A DNA stretch of 64,000 nucleotides, from contig BQFW01000012.1 in NCBI GenBank assembly GCA_020891255.1, positions 1,612,001 to 1,676,000 on the forward strand, read 5' to 3'. Source of the DNA: Entomortierella parvispora E1425 (lineage: Eukaryota > Fungi > Mortierellomycota). Position 1 is the first letter of the stretch. Every line of letters begins with the position of its first letter. The position numbers were made by a program, and so were the translations under genes. Under the pieces are notes generated by a model. It was not told the DNA's origin. It ran no database searches and saw only the letters and a list, made by a program, of their open reading frames with translations. Shown here piece after piece: positions 61,061-64,000 of the stretch.

Positions 61061-61120
<60 letters not shown>
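61061..61120. repeat. (TC)n dinucleotide microsatellite, about 30 units
   Basis: Continuous tc repeat; (TG)n near 59557-59605 and (CA)n near 61459-61488 also present. Confidence 0.9.
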
Positions 61121-61130
<10 letters not shown>

Positions 61131-61514
61131 TCTCTCTCTCTATCTCTTTCATTGTTGCACATACTCTTCCTCTCCTCTTTTTCTTCTCCCTTCTCTCTTC
61201 CCTTCTCTCCCTTTCCAAGAATCAGCTGCTGACCTTCCTTTCTTCTTCTTCTCCCGCCCACCCTCTCTCTCCTCTTCTCCTTCTCTCTCTCTCTGCCTCG
61301 ACAGGACTCGGCAACACACAGGACCTCTTCTTCAGACACTCATCCTCGCTCAGCTTTCATTTCCTCCCCTCACTCTCTCTTCTTCACCCGCTCTTCTCCA
61401 CACGCAAACACTTCTCCCCCTCCCCCCGGTCTGCTGTTTGTCTGCCTCTCTTGTCTGCAACACACACACACACACGCACACACACACACGATACCCGCCT
61501 GCATCCTTGCCCCA

Positions 61515-64000
61515 ATGGTTGCCCTGCCGCCTTCCTCGCCAACGCACGTCTCTTCCGCCTCGCCCCTCTATCCCACTTACGGCAACACACACTCTAGAGC
61601 ATCCTCCTGTGCTTCCTCTGCACGCAACCTCTCCCCTGGCCCTTCTGCTCCTTCTTCACCCTCCTCGTCCTCGAGTTCCTCGCCGCGCTTTCCAGGGATG
61701 GATCCGGGTTCGGGCCGCACCATGCACTCTCCATCATCCGCTGTTTTCCCTCTGCCGAAATCACATCCATACTCCAAACTACACAAGTCATCTCCATCCC
61801 TCCCCTTGCAACCAGAACATCACTACGGCCGCACCAAGAACAACATCAACGGTACCACCAGTCTGGATCAGGCCCTGGCCCCTAACCGCTCGACCATGGC
61901 AAAGATTCAAGGCCCGGTCGATTTTGCTCAGGACCTGCACGAACACGATGGGGCATCTGCAAACGGCGCTAGTCGCCATCACAGCCATCAGCAACATCAA
62001 CAACGGATACACGACGATTCCTCATCGATGGAGCATTCTTCCATGGGAGGTAAGCACCGGTCCCGCATCGACATCGCGAACCTCCTCAACCGGGCTTCGT
62101 CCGTCGAGGCCCCGAACGCGACTGACGCGTCCACACCGAACCATCTGCGCGCCATCACCGAGGAAGCAGATGATCTCGACAGTCGGCATCCCTCCGTTTC
62201 CTCCTCGTCCTCGTCCTCACTCGTCCCTGGTCACAACGAGTACAGACACGACGATGGCCATGTCCGCTCTTTTGTACCCTCGGCTCCGTCGGACCACCGA
62301 TACCCCTATGGCGCCCGCCCTGCGTCATTCTCTGCCAGCTCTTCTGCCCAGCCCTCGACCTCGGCGCCCATGTACGCATCCTCAACGGCCTCACAACCAC
62401 CCAGGCTCGCCTCCACGGGATCATTGCAGCGCTCTGCATCTGTTCACATGGACCGCAACCAGGACTACGACTACACTGGCCCGTACGAGGAGGACCGGCA
62501 ACACCGGACTGATCGATCAAAGAGCGATTATGCACTCCACCAACGGAACTATGGGCCATTCATCGCCGGGTCGTCACCTCCACCCACCGCGGCCACGTTG
62601 CCTAAAGGTACAAGCGGTGCCCCTGTGGCATCTTCCGGTGGTCTTGTAGGAGAAAGGGGGAACACAGGCGCCCATCTGTACTATGAGCAAGCCCCGCGTC
62701 CATACCCACCACATTCGTATCACTCGACCTCATCGTCGTCCTATCCACCTCCTCCTCTCACAAAGCACCCCAGTGGTTCAGCAGGGCCTGTGTCCAACAG
62801 CACTATTGGAACCATCAACAACAGCGGCTCTCATGGCCAACATCACTCTCAAACCCATGCGGTCTCGTCCGCTCGGCTTCCAAACTATGCACAAGCCCAG
62901 GCGGAAATGGACAAGAGCGAGCAACTCAGACGGCCAAGCCATGGCCCCATCGTGCCCATCCTCCCCCCACCTGCAGTACGTTACATCTTTTTTCTTTTTG
63001 TTTGTTGTCAATTTTTTTTTTTTTTTTTGTTTATCCGCCAAACCGCCCTTCCGTCTGGTCGCTCTCGTCCCTGCAAATGCTTATCCAATTCCCACCGCTG
63101 AGTGGCCAGCAGGAGTGCTGCTCTCGGAACTGCATCATCATTGTGCTCAAGCGCAGCTATTCAATGCTGTCCCTTGGGTTTTTTTTGTTGTCACGCTTGC
63201 ATGAAATTAACCTACTGGAACCCGATTTTCTTTATTTTATTTTTTCAGGCAATGCTCTCTGGAGCAACTGCAGCTGGCGAGAGCAAACCACCTCGGATTT
63301 ATGGAAGGGACTCGACTGCCGATGATATTTGGCCACCCATTCCACGCAAGACGAGGGTCGTGCCCGTGGATGCACCCAACGAGGGGAGACCGTATCCATA
63401 TACCAACTCGGCCATGTTGCCCCCTCCACCCCCATCCTACCCACCCGTGTCATCTGCGTCATCGTACAACTCTTCCTCATCCTCTGCATTACCTTACTCT
63501 TCCAACTATTCAGAGAAGAAGCCCCCACGGAGAATTTACGGTATCGATGCAGCCGACATCCCCGCGCGACAGGCACCACCTGCCCCCTACGGCTCCAACC
63601 AATTCTCGAAACCAATGCAAGAGGGGCGAGAAGACCATGGACACGCGGCCTACCCTCGACAGTTCAATGGACCCAACGTGGCGCCATCCACCCCCACACA
63701 CGGTTCACAAGGCTATGGATACAATGCATCATCTGGTCACCATCACTCTGTTCAAGAGAAGAGCCGATATGACTATGAACAGCAGCAGCAGCAACGTGGA
63801 AACTGGAATGCTTCTCAACAGCAGCGCCATGGATCCAATACTTCATCGATCCCCTCTGTCTCCTCTTTTGCGCAGGCTCGACCTTACTCTCGGCCTCCAT
63901 CACCTACAATGGACATCAAACCACCCACCTGGTACCAGAATTACGCCCACAGTGTTCCACCAAAACCTCAACCCAGACCTTCTTATGGACATCAAGATTC
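61515..64000 (+). CDS. Long Ser/Pro/His/Gln-rich protein, probable transcription regulator, 3' end outside the window; exon 61515-62975, intron 62976-63248, exon 63249->64000
   Basis: 487-codon first exon, GTACGT donor and TTTCAG acceptor, then an open frame to the window end (AMLSGATAAGESKPPRIYG...QQQQQRG...). No folded domain visible, so the function is inference. Confidence 0.65.

Overview
Eukaryotic, intron-containing genomic DNA, rich in microsatellites and low-complexity ORFs. Gene content and style (intronless F-box/LRR-like genes, DGAT1, ATP17, SAR1, COG3) point to an early-diverging fungus, most likely Mortierellaceae (inference). I can support about 16 intact protein-coding genes and one pseudogene. 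In order: an F-box protein with an FG-repeat insert (truncated at the window edge and absent from the ORF track), a polyQ C2H2 transcription factor, an F-box/LRR pseudogene, an Aa_trans amino-acid transporter with a ~930-aa loop, ATP17, an S10 serine carboxypeptidase, SAR1, DGAT1, a 5-exon small membrane protein, a DDT-WHIM chromatin factor, an SLC25A44-like carrier, COG3, a tandem F-box/LRR pair, RPL8/eL8, a mitochondria-targeted bacterial-type oligopeptidase A, CENP-H, a Ser-rich orphan, and a long low-complexity probable regulator running off the right edge. Two intronic box C/D snoRNAs are visible: a snR64/U74-like one in ATP17 intron 3 and one in SAR1 intron 1 whose guide matches 18S rRNA at a site I do not recognise as methylated in yeast. 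No tRNA, rRNA, CRISPR array or transposon could be supported. Exon boundaries were read by hand from GT/AG signals and reading-frame continuity.
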